Position numbers and translations under genes: made by a program. A stretch of 64,000 nucleotides of DNA from contig CATNEN010000034.1 of NCBI GenBank assembly GCA_950097015.1, positions 1,178,001-1,242,000 of the forward strand, read 5' to 3'. Shown here piece after piece: positions 35,871-46,310 of this stretch. How positions within the stretch are numbered: the first letter of the stretch is position 1; the number at the start of each line of letters is the position of its first letter. Below the pieces are notes generated by a model. It saw only the letters and a program-made list of their open reading frames with translations. It was not told the origin of the DNA and made no database searches. This stretch comes from Macrostomum hystrix. Its lineage: Eukaryota > Animalia > Platyhelminthes.

Positions 35871-38208
35871 ATTATGAAAAATTCCACACCACATTATTTA
35901 TGCCAGGTATATTAATTATTATTGTTGCAAGGCAGGTAGTAACGTTGTACAATTTTGGGAGGAGCAAAAAATTGTTTTGACATGCACTCTACCACTTTTC
36001 TGACTATGGCATGGTAGGGGGTTAAAGCTATAACAAATCTGATTAAAAATGAAATCAGCACATCAAAAAGCCTTAGTAGCCACAGATTTATCATCCTATC
36101 AAAACAAGAACTATTTTATATAGACCTAAAGTTCAAGAGACCCTCGCCTCCCCGCTGGGTCCATGGACCACCCTGCAGCTAAGTCTAGTAAGTCAAAGTT
36201 CAAGAAGCCCAAAAAGCAAGCAAAGTTAAAATGTATTAAAAACTTGAAGTCTATACTTTATAGCAATTATCATTTTGGTTTAAAAAATTTAGCTAGTCAG
36301 CCAGACCACTGACTGATAATTTGGATATAAGTTGCATTAGTAACACTCTTAGTAGTTTAGTCTTAGGTTTTAACTAACATCTATTATTAACTTTACATGT
36401 AACATTTTCATTGTGTCAGTTAATAAATGTTGAAAATCAAAACAATTGGATTGGGATTTCGATTTGCTGGCATAAGTAGTACTAGTAACTAAATTTAAAA
36501 CGAAAAAACATTTGTTATAACCTTTGTTATAAAAAAATTAATAGAAAATTTCAATACTTAAATTGACAAAGTAACTTTAAAAAATACCTTCTCTAGACAC
36601 AGTAAAGTACAATCTGTTATGGATGTAATGATATCCTAAGTGTAAAATACCAACTAAACTAGTTTGGTGGCGCAGCGCATTAGGGCGCGTTTTTTATTTA
36701 AACAATTCTAAACTATTGAATAAAAACTTAAATAAAAAATTATACTACAACGTAACTAAGAAAATCTTTTTTTGAGAAGTACTAATACACTTTTTTTAAT
36801 GCGCATACTTAGTTCTGTATAATTATTTGTTATACCATACGCACGTAAAGTTATGAAATTGACGTAAAATCCGGACTATTCAGACTCGTTTTTGACATGT
36901 AAAAAGAGTATTTATAAAAATACAATTCTTTCTTTCCATGTAACACTAAAAAAGTGACGAATTCTATAGACAAATGAATACAATTATATTGAGAATGATT
37001 GCAGAAGGACTGCGGGCAATGGCACATCATTTAGTGACACTAGACCCACAGCGAGCTATTTTTTGCTAATACCTTATTCGGATCATTGTCATAAATAATT
37101 ACGAGTACATAATCAGTCTTACTTGTTTCTGTTTCGTTTCTTTTAAGGCACTGTAGAGTTATACCGCTATACTTTCTGGAATTTTAGAACTGATTCTGGT
37201 TCTGGAATTCTGGGTAGAATGAATGACTGATTCTGATTTCTGGGTAGAATGAAAAGCCTATTTTACGGGTTGGAGAGCTGGGTAAAACAGCTTTAATTTA
37301 ATTTTTTAATTAACTGCCCGCCGTCAAAAATAAAGCCAATATAATCTAGCAACCAAGTTATATAAATATGAGTAATTTAAAATAAAAATAAATATGATTT
37401 GATTTTGTTTTTTTCTTATAACTAGTATAAATATGTCTTTCTATGCATGTATAACTCAACCTGTGTGGCGTGTTGATAGAGAGAGCGCTCTGTTTGAGTG
37501 TTACGAGGGGGGTTCGAATTTTTTCCGTATTATTTTTACTAATGAATTTTTTTGATCCGATATTTTATTGTGATGCTAAATATTTACTAATTATTTCGTT
37601 TTATAGCCATTTTATACAGTGGATGTGTTGTAATTTTAGTTCTGGCTTCTGATAAGCCATTAAGCCCTCGCTGTTAAGGTGGAAGTATCATTTGTTTGAG
37701 ACGGGGTGATCACTTCTTGGTTCTTACTTAGCACGATAGAAAAGCGTCATATATCTATTACACGTAAAATCCACTTAATCAGTAAGTCCCATCTAAACTC
37801 ATTCAGCTTTAGTTGTATTGTATTAATTAGTATGAACTGTGGTTTGCTTGCCTATATGTTTGGAAATAAATGATTATCAGTGCAAAGGAAAAATATTTAG
37901 ATAGCCAGTTACATACTTCATATTTCATACTTTCTACTTGCAGTAGACGAGTAGCATGATCCATGTAAAATTTATCGGAAGTCTACCCCCTACCCCCTAC
38001 CCCCCCGTGGGTCCACATGGATTCACCCGGCTAGCCGAGTATTTTTTGACTAGTGGAAGTGTCGGCTAGCCGGCGGCCGCGAGCTGGAGACTGAGTGCGG
38101 TGAGTGCGGTGGCGTCCCAGTGCGCAGGGCTCTCCGGTCAATATTTCTCTCCAGCCAGCCTGGGATAGAAGAAAGAGAGAGGCTGGCGTACAGTGCTTTG
38201 CTAAAATA

Positions 38209-39787
38209 CAAGACGGTTATCCGCTGTATCGACGGAGATCACGTGAGGATGGCGGCTTTACCACTCGCATTATTCTATGCAGCCATGGGAATGAAGAGAT
38301 CGATCTGGACAACAGATGGGTCGTTCCCTACTGCCCGCTACTGTCCAAGGTGTTCAATCCACACATCAACGTTGAGTACTGCAACTCTGTTAAATCAATC
38401 AAGTACATTTGCAAGTACGTGAACAAGGGTAGCGACCAAGCAGTGTTCAACATTGAGGGACCTGGAGGCATAGTAAACGAATTTGACGAAGTCAATCGCT
38501 TCAAGAGCGGAAGGTATCAGCTCTAACGAGGCAATGTGGCGAATCTTCGGATTCTCTATTCATGAACGCCACCCAACTGTCATGCACCTCAGTGTGCACC
38601 TGGAAAACGGTCAGAGAGTATACTTTACGGAGGAGAACATCCAGCAGCGTGCTCAAAGGCCACAGGACACTACTCTTACTGCTTTCTTCAAGTTGTGCGC
38701 TGAAGACCCCTTTGCCAGGACTTTGCTGTACCACCAGGTGCCTGCCTATTACACATGGAACGCCTCTTCGAAAGGATGGAAGCGGCGGGTTCAAGGCGCT
38801 GCAGTTCCAGGCCATCCTGAAATACGACAGACTGATGCATTAGCCAGAGTACACGGTGCACCCAAACCACAGTGAATGCTACTACCTGCTACACACCGTG
38901 ATTGGTCCGACGTCATTTAGACACATTAGAACGGTGGAAGGCCATACCTGCCAAACTTTTCATGAAGCATGTCAGCGACTGGGACTGCTGGAAGAGCTGG
39001 ATGACCAGGAGCAGCTGGGACAGTTCATAGAGGAGAATGAGCCCCGACTCATGCCTGAGCAGCTAGAGGCGTACCGCGAGCTATTGCGCAGAGTCAACAA
39101 CAACGTTGGTGGCATGGTTTTTCTTGATGCTCCAGGTGGCACAGGAAAAAAATTTCTAATCAACCTCCTTCTGGCAAAGGTCAGGCAACGAGGCGACGTT
39201 GCCATTGCTGTAGCTTCCTCTGGAATTACAGCCACCTTGCTGCCATGCGGTCGCACTGCCCACTCAGCACTGAAGTTGCCGCTTGATCTGTCTTGAGCGG
39301 AGAATCCGCTGTGCAACATCAAGAAAAACACAGGCACTGCCAGAGTGCTTCAGGCTTGCAAGCTTATCGTCTGGGATGAGTGTACCATGTCCCACAAACT
39401 GGCATTTGAAGCACTCAACTTAACTTTGAAAGACCTGCGCAATAGCAATCAACTGATGGGTGGTGTCACTCTGCTGCTGTCTGGAGACTTTAGACAGACG
39501 CTGCCTGTGATTCCGCGAGGCACTCCTGCTGATGAGATTAATGCTTTCCTAAAATCATCTCACCTGTGGCCATCGGTTGTGAAGTTGCACCTACGAACAA
39601 ACATGAGAGCTACAATTCAAGGAGACGAAACAGCTCATGAGTTCTCTGCCAATCTATTGCGAATCGGCAATGGTCTGCTGGAGATTAGCACAGAGAATGG
39701 GCAGTCATCGATCGCTACAATCGGAACCATTGTGCAGTCAGTGCAGGAGCTCAAGGCAAAAGTTTACCCGAACCTGATGGTTCGATA
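38209..39787 (+). pseudogene. Helitron RepHel middle region (end of Rep domain, helicase N-half), frameshifted
   Basis: GYPLYRRR, DNRWVVPY, HINVEYC, KYICKYVNKGSD, FLDAPGGTGK, GRTAHS, WDECTM and GDFRQTLPV. Several frameshifts and stops, and interrupted by the hAT element. Confidence 0.92.
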
Positions 39788-42700
39788 TAGGGATGCCAAA
39801 AACCGTGCTCTTTTGAGAACCGGTTAACCGGTTTTAAAAACCGTATTTTTCAGGAAACCGGTTTTTAAAAACCGGTTTGTGCGTCAATTTCGTAAACAAA
39901 TAACAAATGAACTTGCGGCTTTAAAATGCATGCTAGATACCTCTTTTACATATTTGTCATTTGTTTCCCCCTGCTTTGTTTGACCCTTGAAGGCTTTGAC
40001 TTGCTGTTGCTGTTTAATATTATAATTTGCGAAGCATAATACTATTGAATAAATTAATAAGTTATAATAAACACGAGGCACGAATCTGACTAATAATGTC
40101 AGTGACGTGCTTTATTGTCATTTCATTCTCTTAATTCGTTGGCAACTTGGCAATTGGCATCAGCCAGCATTCTCACATTTCAGACAGTCATGTTTTTTTC
40201 TTCAAAAATTATTCGGCATTTGGCATTGGAATTGGCGCAAGCAAACAAAAAACAAGATAAAGAAAAAGACCAGACACAGACACAAAGACAATTTTGTCGT
40301 AAAAAATTGCGCAACAAACCCTGCAGGCTTCAAGCTACAAACTAGTTTCTACTCTACTCGAACTCGAAGTGCATGTGTATAGGAGTTTAGCTACTTCCAT
40401 ATCTTCTACTCTACTCTATCATTTTTTCCACACTATTCCACTCAACTTATCTCATCTGCTGTCATTATCCTGCTCAATCTAAATGTATCTCTTCTTATTG
40501 TCAACTTCTCAAAACTCTTTCACTCTTCAGTCTTTTCTTAGTAATCCAACTCTAATATGGTCATGTGACTCATGTCCTATTCTAGGACAATTGACTTTTA
40601 ACTTAATTTCACTTCCATAAGTCCTTGAAATGTTTGACAATACAGGGAGGGAAATGTGAATGCAATGCAATCATGTGTCCCTTTCACGCTTTAAAAAGTA
40701 ATGGCGGAGCATGACGAGCCTTGACAGTGTAGTGTCAGTCAGTCGAGATCGCACTTTCGACAGGAAAGATCCACTTGCAGAAAACGCACGTTCAGCCTCG
40801 ACACTTGTAGGTGGAATTAGCTGAAGTCCTTGGTATAGTTGCGTGAGCAAAGTGCCTCGTTGCTGTGCAATACGGAGGAACTCAATCTCGCGGCCAATTC
40901 GACTTTCTAGTGTCATGCTTTGGTTTCGATTTCGAGGCTGCTCATTCTTCTGTTGCAAAAATAACTTCAGCTGGTCTTCTAGGCCTATGCAGACCTCTTG
41001 CTGATTTGCCCGATTGCTGTCGATTGCTTCAGCTGGTCTTGAACACGCAGCTACTGGTGCTGGTAAAGATGATGCTGCCAACTCCTCCGAGCGTGTTGAC
41101 AATTCCAGATTCATGTTAAGACCTGCTGCAGCTGCTCCACTTTCACTAGCAGTTTGATCGGCATTGTCCTCAGGCTGTGCACACAGTTCTAGTTTCTTGG
41201 CGAGAGCAATTAAAGTATACTTAACGGCATTGAGCTCAGATTTTGAGTCAGTAGCTCCATATTGGAAGAGAAACTTGGCTGCAGTGACTATGGGTCCGCT
41301 GCGCTCTTGAATACGCAGCTTAAGTGAGCTGGAAAGATCCTGTGCAGGGTCACTTTCTTGGCTTGACAGCTTCAGTATGGCGAACTCTACTGCATTGATT
41401 GCAGTGACGATTGTGCAATCACGCTGGCATAGTGTCTTCACAATTAGCTCTACAGGTTTGAGGGCCTGGTTGATTTCATTCAAGCGTGCAATGTCTTGGC
41501 GATCCAATGGGAATTCGAGATCAAGTTGCAAGAGTGCTCGCTGTATGGGCTTCAAAAGCAGCAAGAAGCGATCCACCATACTCAGCAAGGAATTCCACCG
41601 AGTCCGACAATCAAGGATGAGACTAAGCTCAGATCCATGACTTGCCTTCACAAATGACTGAAGTGTGTCATTGCGCACAGGTTTTCCGCGAAAACACTTG
41701 ACAACATCGCGAACTTTGACAATGAGTTCTTGAATAGTAGGATTCAGTTGCATAGCATTGCCATCAGTTCCTTCATCAGACAAGTCCCACAGCATGGCCA
41801 CTTCAGCATCATCACATGCATCAGCTTCGACATCAGAAACAGAAACAGTAGATGTAACTGCGGTAGCAACAGGACAATAAAGCACATCAGATACAGCCAG
41901 ATGAATTGCATGTGCAAAACACAGGTGGTGCTCAGCATGAATTAACCTTCCAAACTTCACCATCACTGATGCTCCGTCTGTAGTACAAGCAATGATGTCT
42001 TTGGTGACATCTACTCCAAACTTGCTGACATGTTCAGTTACAAGCTGCAAACAAGCCTCAGCATTCATTGATCCATGAACTCTTACAAGTCCAAGATTGT
42101 GATGACTTCGATTGGCTAAGTGAATGTTCACATTCATATAACGACGATTGTTTATACCTGTCCACTCATCAAGTGTCAGGGCAAACCTTTCACCACATTT
42201 GCGTCGCGCACAAAGATCTGTCTTTATTTCAGCCTCAACTGAGTCTGCAAACAACATCACCCGAGCCTTGATTGTCTCCCTTGACTTGGGGACATGCACT
42301 CCACGTGCTTGGAGACCACTTCGAATATCCTCAGATGTTACAAACAATCGAAATGCAATTCCATCCTTGGCTACCATTCTGGCAAAAATAGCATTATCAT
42401 CCACTGGCTTACGAGACAGAAATTCAACTATTTTTGACTGCTTTGCAGGTGTTGGGCCAGCTAGGGCAGCTTGGACAACTGGGCCAGCTGCAGCTGTGGC
42501 AGTGGGGGCAGCTTGGCTATCTTGCAAAGGTTGGCTAATGCTGCTAGTAGCACGAGGCATTCTGCTATTTCCAGACTTAGTATTTGTCCCAGAAACAGGA
42601 AGTTTGATATCATGTAACTTCTTCAGATGCGCATGCATGGCCGAAGTGGATCCTCCCTTAGTCTGGATTGTAGTCTTGCAAATATTGCAACTAGCTTGCT

Positions 42701-44439
42701 TTTCAGAAATTCTCTGAAAATTCGTCCATATGCTAGACTTTGGAAGACTAGACATTTGTATCTTTGCTGATGTCCTGAATCCTGATGATGATCTGCAATT
42801 AATTAGATTAGATTTTTTTACTTATATTCAATGGTAGTTGTTATTTATTACTTATGAATTCAAATAAAATATTTAGAAATATGTAAAAAAATATTATTAG
42901 GCCTACCCTATCATTTTATATATGATATAACCATGGAGATTTCACTTTGAAATTTGACAGAAATATATAGTTGGCTAAGGCTAATGACTTATGACTTAAG
43001 GCTAATGAGTAGTAATGACGAATGGCTAAAGCCCACCTGGTTGCACCTTTACCCTTAGGACCCTTTGGGCTTTCCCTTGGCTATATAAGTAATTCAAACC
43101 TTTCCTAAGAAATTTTACTATATGATATATATATATACTTGCAATTACAAATTTACAAAAAAATTATTCATTTTCTTAGCATTTATATTTAGAATTAAAT
43201 AAATTTATTTAATTGTCATTGACAATAGTCAGGCTTAACTCACATATTTTGAATTTGGATTTTAAAGTGCCACACAGCCCACACTGGCCCATGCATAGTA
43301 CAATGCACTTTGTACATATTTAATTATGCTTATAGATTACAGTTACATATAGTTACAGATGATAGTAGACTATATATAGAGCTCCTTCATTAGACTGATT
43401 AGAAGAGAAATTAGCAAATGGTTGGGCTTGGACACTTGGGCCTATACTCAATAGTAAATACTAAATAGTAAATACCTAACCTAACTCCTAGACTCCTGAG
43501 TCCTGAGTCCTGACTCCTGACTCCTGTCCTGTCCTGAGTAAAGATAATGCTGAGCTAATGGCAATGGCAATGCTGCCTGCCAGTGCCAGCCAGTGATATG
43601 ATATGGAAACCCGTACAAACAACAATCCGACATCAGCCAATGTTGGCGACTTTTTTCGACGTTGGCCAACGTCGCTGTAGCATTACCGCTTTTACCATCT
43701 CCTGAGTCCTGAGTCCTGACCACCAACACCAACCAACCGACGTTTGACGTTTATTTAGATTTAGACGTCTGCTAGACGTCGGGTCGGGTCGGGATCGGAT
43801 TCGGGACTCGGGACCGGGAGATAGGAAAAGTGGTAATGTTACATTACAGCGATGTCGGCCGACGGTCGACGTCGGGATCGGGTCGGGAGTCGGGACTCGG
43901 ATTGTTGTACTTGTACTTGTACGTTGTACTTGTACGTTGTACGGGAAACTAGAAAGCTGAAAGCTAAAAGTTAAAACTTCTGGATCTGGAAGCCCTGAAA
44001 AATGACTGAATCTGAATCACTGAATGCTGAAAGCCTAGCTGAAAGTCTGAAACCCATCCTAGTAGCCGTAGGTGGTGATACGAAAGTTACGAAACACAAA
44101 TTGCCCAAGACAAATCCCATTCTATTTTACGTTATAATATTTTCACTTTTGATTTCGAAGAAATTATTGAATTTAAATTTCTAATTTTCAAGAGTCACGA
44201 CTCACGTTGAATTGTTTGCGACATTATGAATTGTGATGTGTATTGTTGTGGTTGTGACATTTGTCACGTTGTTGTGAGTCTTGTGACTCTTTATATCTAG
44301 ATTGTATTCCATTTTAGAATTTTAATAAGCATGTGAAAAACCGTGAAAAACCGGACCAAAAAACCGGTTTTTTCAAAACCGGTTTTTCGGCCCGAAACCG
44401 GTTTTTTGGCAAACCGGTTAACCGGAGTTGGCATCCCTA
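39788..44439 (-). mobile_element. Autonomous-looking hAT transposon
   Basis: TIRs TAGGGATGCCAA / TTGGCATCCCTA; 8-bp TSD GTTCGATA at 39780-39787 and 44440-44447; subterminal AACCGG repeats at both ends. Confidence 0.95.
40671..42755 (-). CDS. hAT transposase, 694 aa, intact
   Basis: BED finger (SSIWTNF..CNIC..HLKKLH), LTLDEWT, CTTDGAS, CFAHAIHL, RWNS, and C-terminal PPTSVEAERAFS. Confidence 0.94.
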   Translation of the reverse strand: MSSLPKSSIWTNFQRISEKQASCNICKTTIQTKGGSTSAMHAHLKKLHDIKLPVSGTNTKSGNSRMPRATSSISQPLQDSQAAPTATAAAGPVVQAALAGPTPAKQSKIVEFLSRKPVDDNAIFARMVAKDGIAFRLFVTSEDIRSGLQARGVHVPKSRETIKARVMLFADSVEAEIKTDLCARRKCGERFALTLDEWTGINNRRYMNVNIHLANRSHHNLGLVRVHGSMNAEACLQLVTEHVSKFGVDVTKDIIACTTDGASVMVKFGRLIHAEHHLCFAHAIHLAVSDVLYCPVATAVTSTVSVSDVEADACDDAEVAMLWDLSDEGTDGNAMQLNPTIQELIVKVRDVVKCFRGKPVRNDTLQSFVKASHGSELSLILDCRTRWNSLLSMVDRFLLLLKPIQRALLQLDLEFPLDRQDIARLNEINQALKPVELIVKTLCQRDCTIVTAINAVEFAILKLSSQESDPAQDLSSSLKLRIQERSGPIVTAAKFLFQYGATDSKSELNAVKYTLIALAKKLELCAQPEDNADQTASESGAAAAGLNMNLELSTRSEELAASSLPAPVAACSRPAEAIDSNRANQQEVCIGLEDQLKLFLQQKNEQPRNRNQSMTLESRIGREIEFLRIAQQRGTLLTQLYQGLQLIPPTSVEAERAFSASGSFLSKVRSRLTDTTLSRLVMLRHYFLKRERDT

Positions 44440-45265
44440 GTTCGATATGCTGACGTTGACTGGCTGTCAGAGCCAGTACGCCCTTAAACAAACTCTTCAC
44501 TTTTCATTCATGCAGTAAATAAATAAATGGTGACCTTCACTATAAAGTTAATACAGAGACGTGAATTGCTTACTGCTTTGCTTTAAATTTCTGCCACAAA
44601 AACAACGGGCAAAAAAAGCTAGTCTATATATATAAAAGTGAAAACTCTGTCTGTCTGTCTGTCTGTCTGTGTGCAACCTTTTGTCTTTATAGACGCCGAA
44701 ACCGCTCAACCAAATCGCACCAAACTTTGCACATACCTAAAACCACCTACGCTGAGTGCAATAGGCTACTCAAATTCCCGAAAAATCATTTCCTTCCTGC
44801 TCAAAAGTGCAAAAAACTGCTCAAAAATCGTCAAAAAATCACTCAATTCGACATATCGTCGCCCCACTTTGTCAGATTTTCTCCAAATTTGATCCACTTA
44901 CACTTTAAATGTTTTCCAACAATGCTGTCAATTTTGAACATCTCTACTCAATCCAGAGCAAAGCTGCATCATCTCAAAGTGAGTCACTTTTTGTTTTCCG
45001 AGGACAGCCACCCCAACTCCCCTCCGCCACTCTGCGGGCCAAATTTTATTACAGCCACCCCCTCCCTTCCCCGGGCGCCGAAGCCCCAGACTGTACATTG
45101 TATTTCAAGCCGTGAATGTACACAGCCCAAACCCCTAGACTGTCTACTGGCCCCCAAGCAGCACTGAGACTGAGTGCGGTGAGTGCGGTGGCGTCCCAGT
45201 GCGCAGGGCTCTCCGGTCGATATTTCTCTCCAGCCAGCCTGGGGTAGAAGAAAGAGAGAGGCTGG

Positions 45266-45884
45266 CGTTGACTGGCTGTCAGAGAGGGCAATTCTGTGTC
45301 CTAGAAATGATGCCGCCAACGAAATTAACTACCAACTGCTTCAGGAGTTGCCAGGTGCAGTTTTCACCTACAAGTCAATTGATACAACGTTGACTGATGA
45401 CACCGCTGTGGAGTATCCTGTTGAGTTTCTGAACTCTCTAGATCCTCCTGGAACTCCATCGCACAACTTGCAGCTGAAAGTTGGGGCACCAATTATGCTC
45501 CTCCGCAACCTGAATGCGCCAAGGCTGTGTAACGGCACCAGACTGATAGTCAGGCGGCTCTTCCCACACGTGATTGAGGCCACGATAATGACTGGATCTG
45601 GCAGAGGAGAGTCTGTGTTCGTTCCCCGGATTCCAATTATCCCCACGGACCTGCCATTTCAGTTCAAGCGACTGCAGTTCCCTGTGAGAGTGTGCTTTGC
45701 GATGACTATTAACAAGGCTCAGGGACAGTCGCTGAAGGTGGCTGGCATCAACCTGGAGACTCCTTGCTTCTCGCATGGGCAGCTTTATGTCGCCTGCTCC
45801 CGTGTTGGAACTCCAGCTGGCCTATTCATTTTCGCACCAAGGGGAAGAACGAAGAATGTGGTGTATCCCCAGGCCTTGAGGTGA
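45266..45884 (+). pseudogene. Helitron helicase C-terminal fragment
   Basis: Same motifs as 1769-2388, with a few amino-acid differences (PRIP/PQIP, QLY/QFY, WLS/WQS). Confidence 0.93.
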
Positions 45885-46036
45885 CTCGCAAGCAATTAAT
45901 AGAAAAGTAGTCACGAATTGACCTTGACCTGTCTAACTCTGAACTCTGAAACAGTTTAATTTTGTTTCTTTGACATTGTTATTGTTATGCCATGGCTATT
46001 TTCCTTATGTATACGCGTGTACATGCATACTGTATA

Positions 46037-46310
46037 CAGAGGCAGATTTAGGGGGGGGGCGGGGGGGCAGTCGCCCCCCTAAATTTTAATCATGGGAATA
46101 AGATGCCCCCACCAGGGGCGCCAGTCGCAGCACTGACGCCCCTTTTCGGCCACTGGCGCCCCTTTTTCAGCCGCTGGCTCCCGTTTTTCAACCGCTGGCG
46201 CCCTTTCTTGGCTCCTGGCGCCCTTTTTCGGCCGCTGGCACCCCCTCTGTGATTCTCATGGCGCTCCCCTGACAGACCGCCCCAAAACAAAATTCCTGGA
46301 TCTGCCACTG
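46037..46310. mobile_element. hAT-type MITE in Helitron D
   Basis: TSD ACTGTATA on both sides. It is 21 bp longer than the copy in B because of one extra internal repeat unit. Confidence 0.85.

Larger units (their letters stand above)
14503..38086. mobile_element. 23.6-kb TIR DNA transposon carrying a KDZ-type transposase gene
   Basis: 86-bp TIRs at 14503-14588 and 38001-38086 (81/86 identical), CA...TG ends, and 7-bp TSD GAGACTG at 14496-14502 and 38087-38093. The empty site is visible in Helitron D near 45166. Confidence 0.88.
13952..44622 (+). mobile_element. Helitron 'C', split into three pieces (13952-14502, 38094-39787, 44448-44622)
   Basis: Host A then TC start at 13952. The 5' region stops at GCAGCACTGAGACTG and resumes at AGTGCGGTGAG (38094), exactly as in intact copy D. 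It ends with the subterminal hairpin-like motif plus CTAG at 44622. Confidence 0.9.

Noticed and set aside
37502-37530. Mariner-like TIR start TACGAGGGGGG
   Set aside because: No partner end or transposase trace was found nearby.
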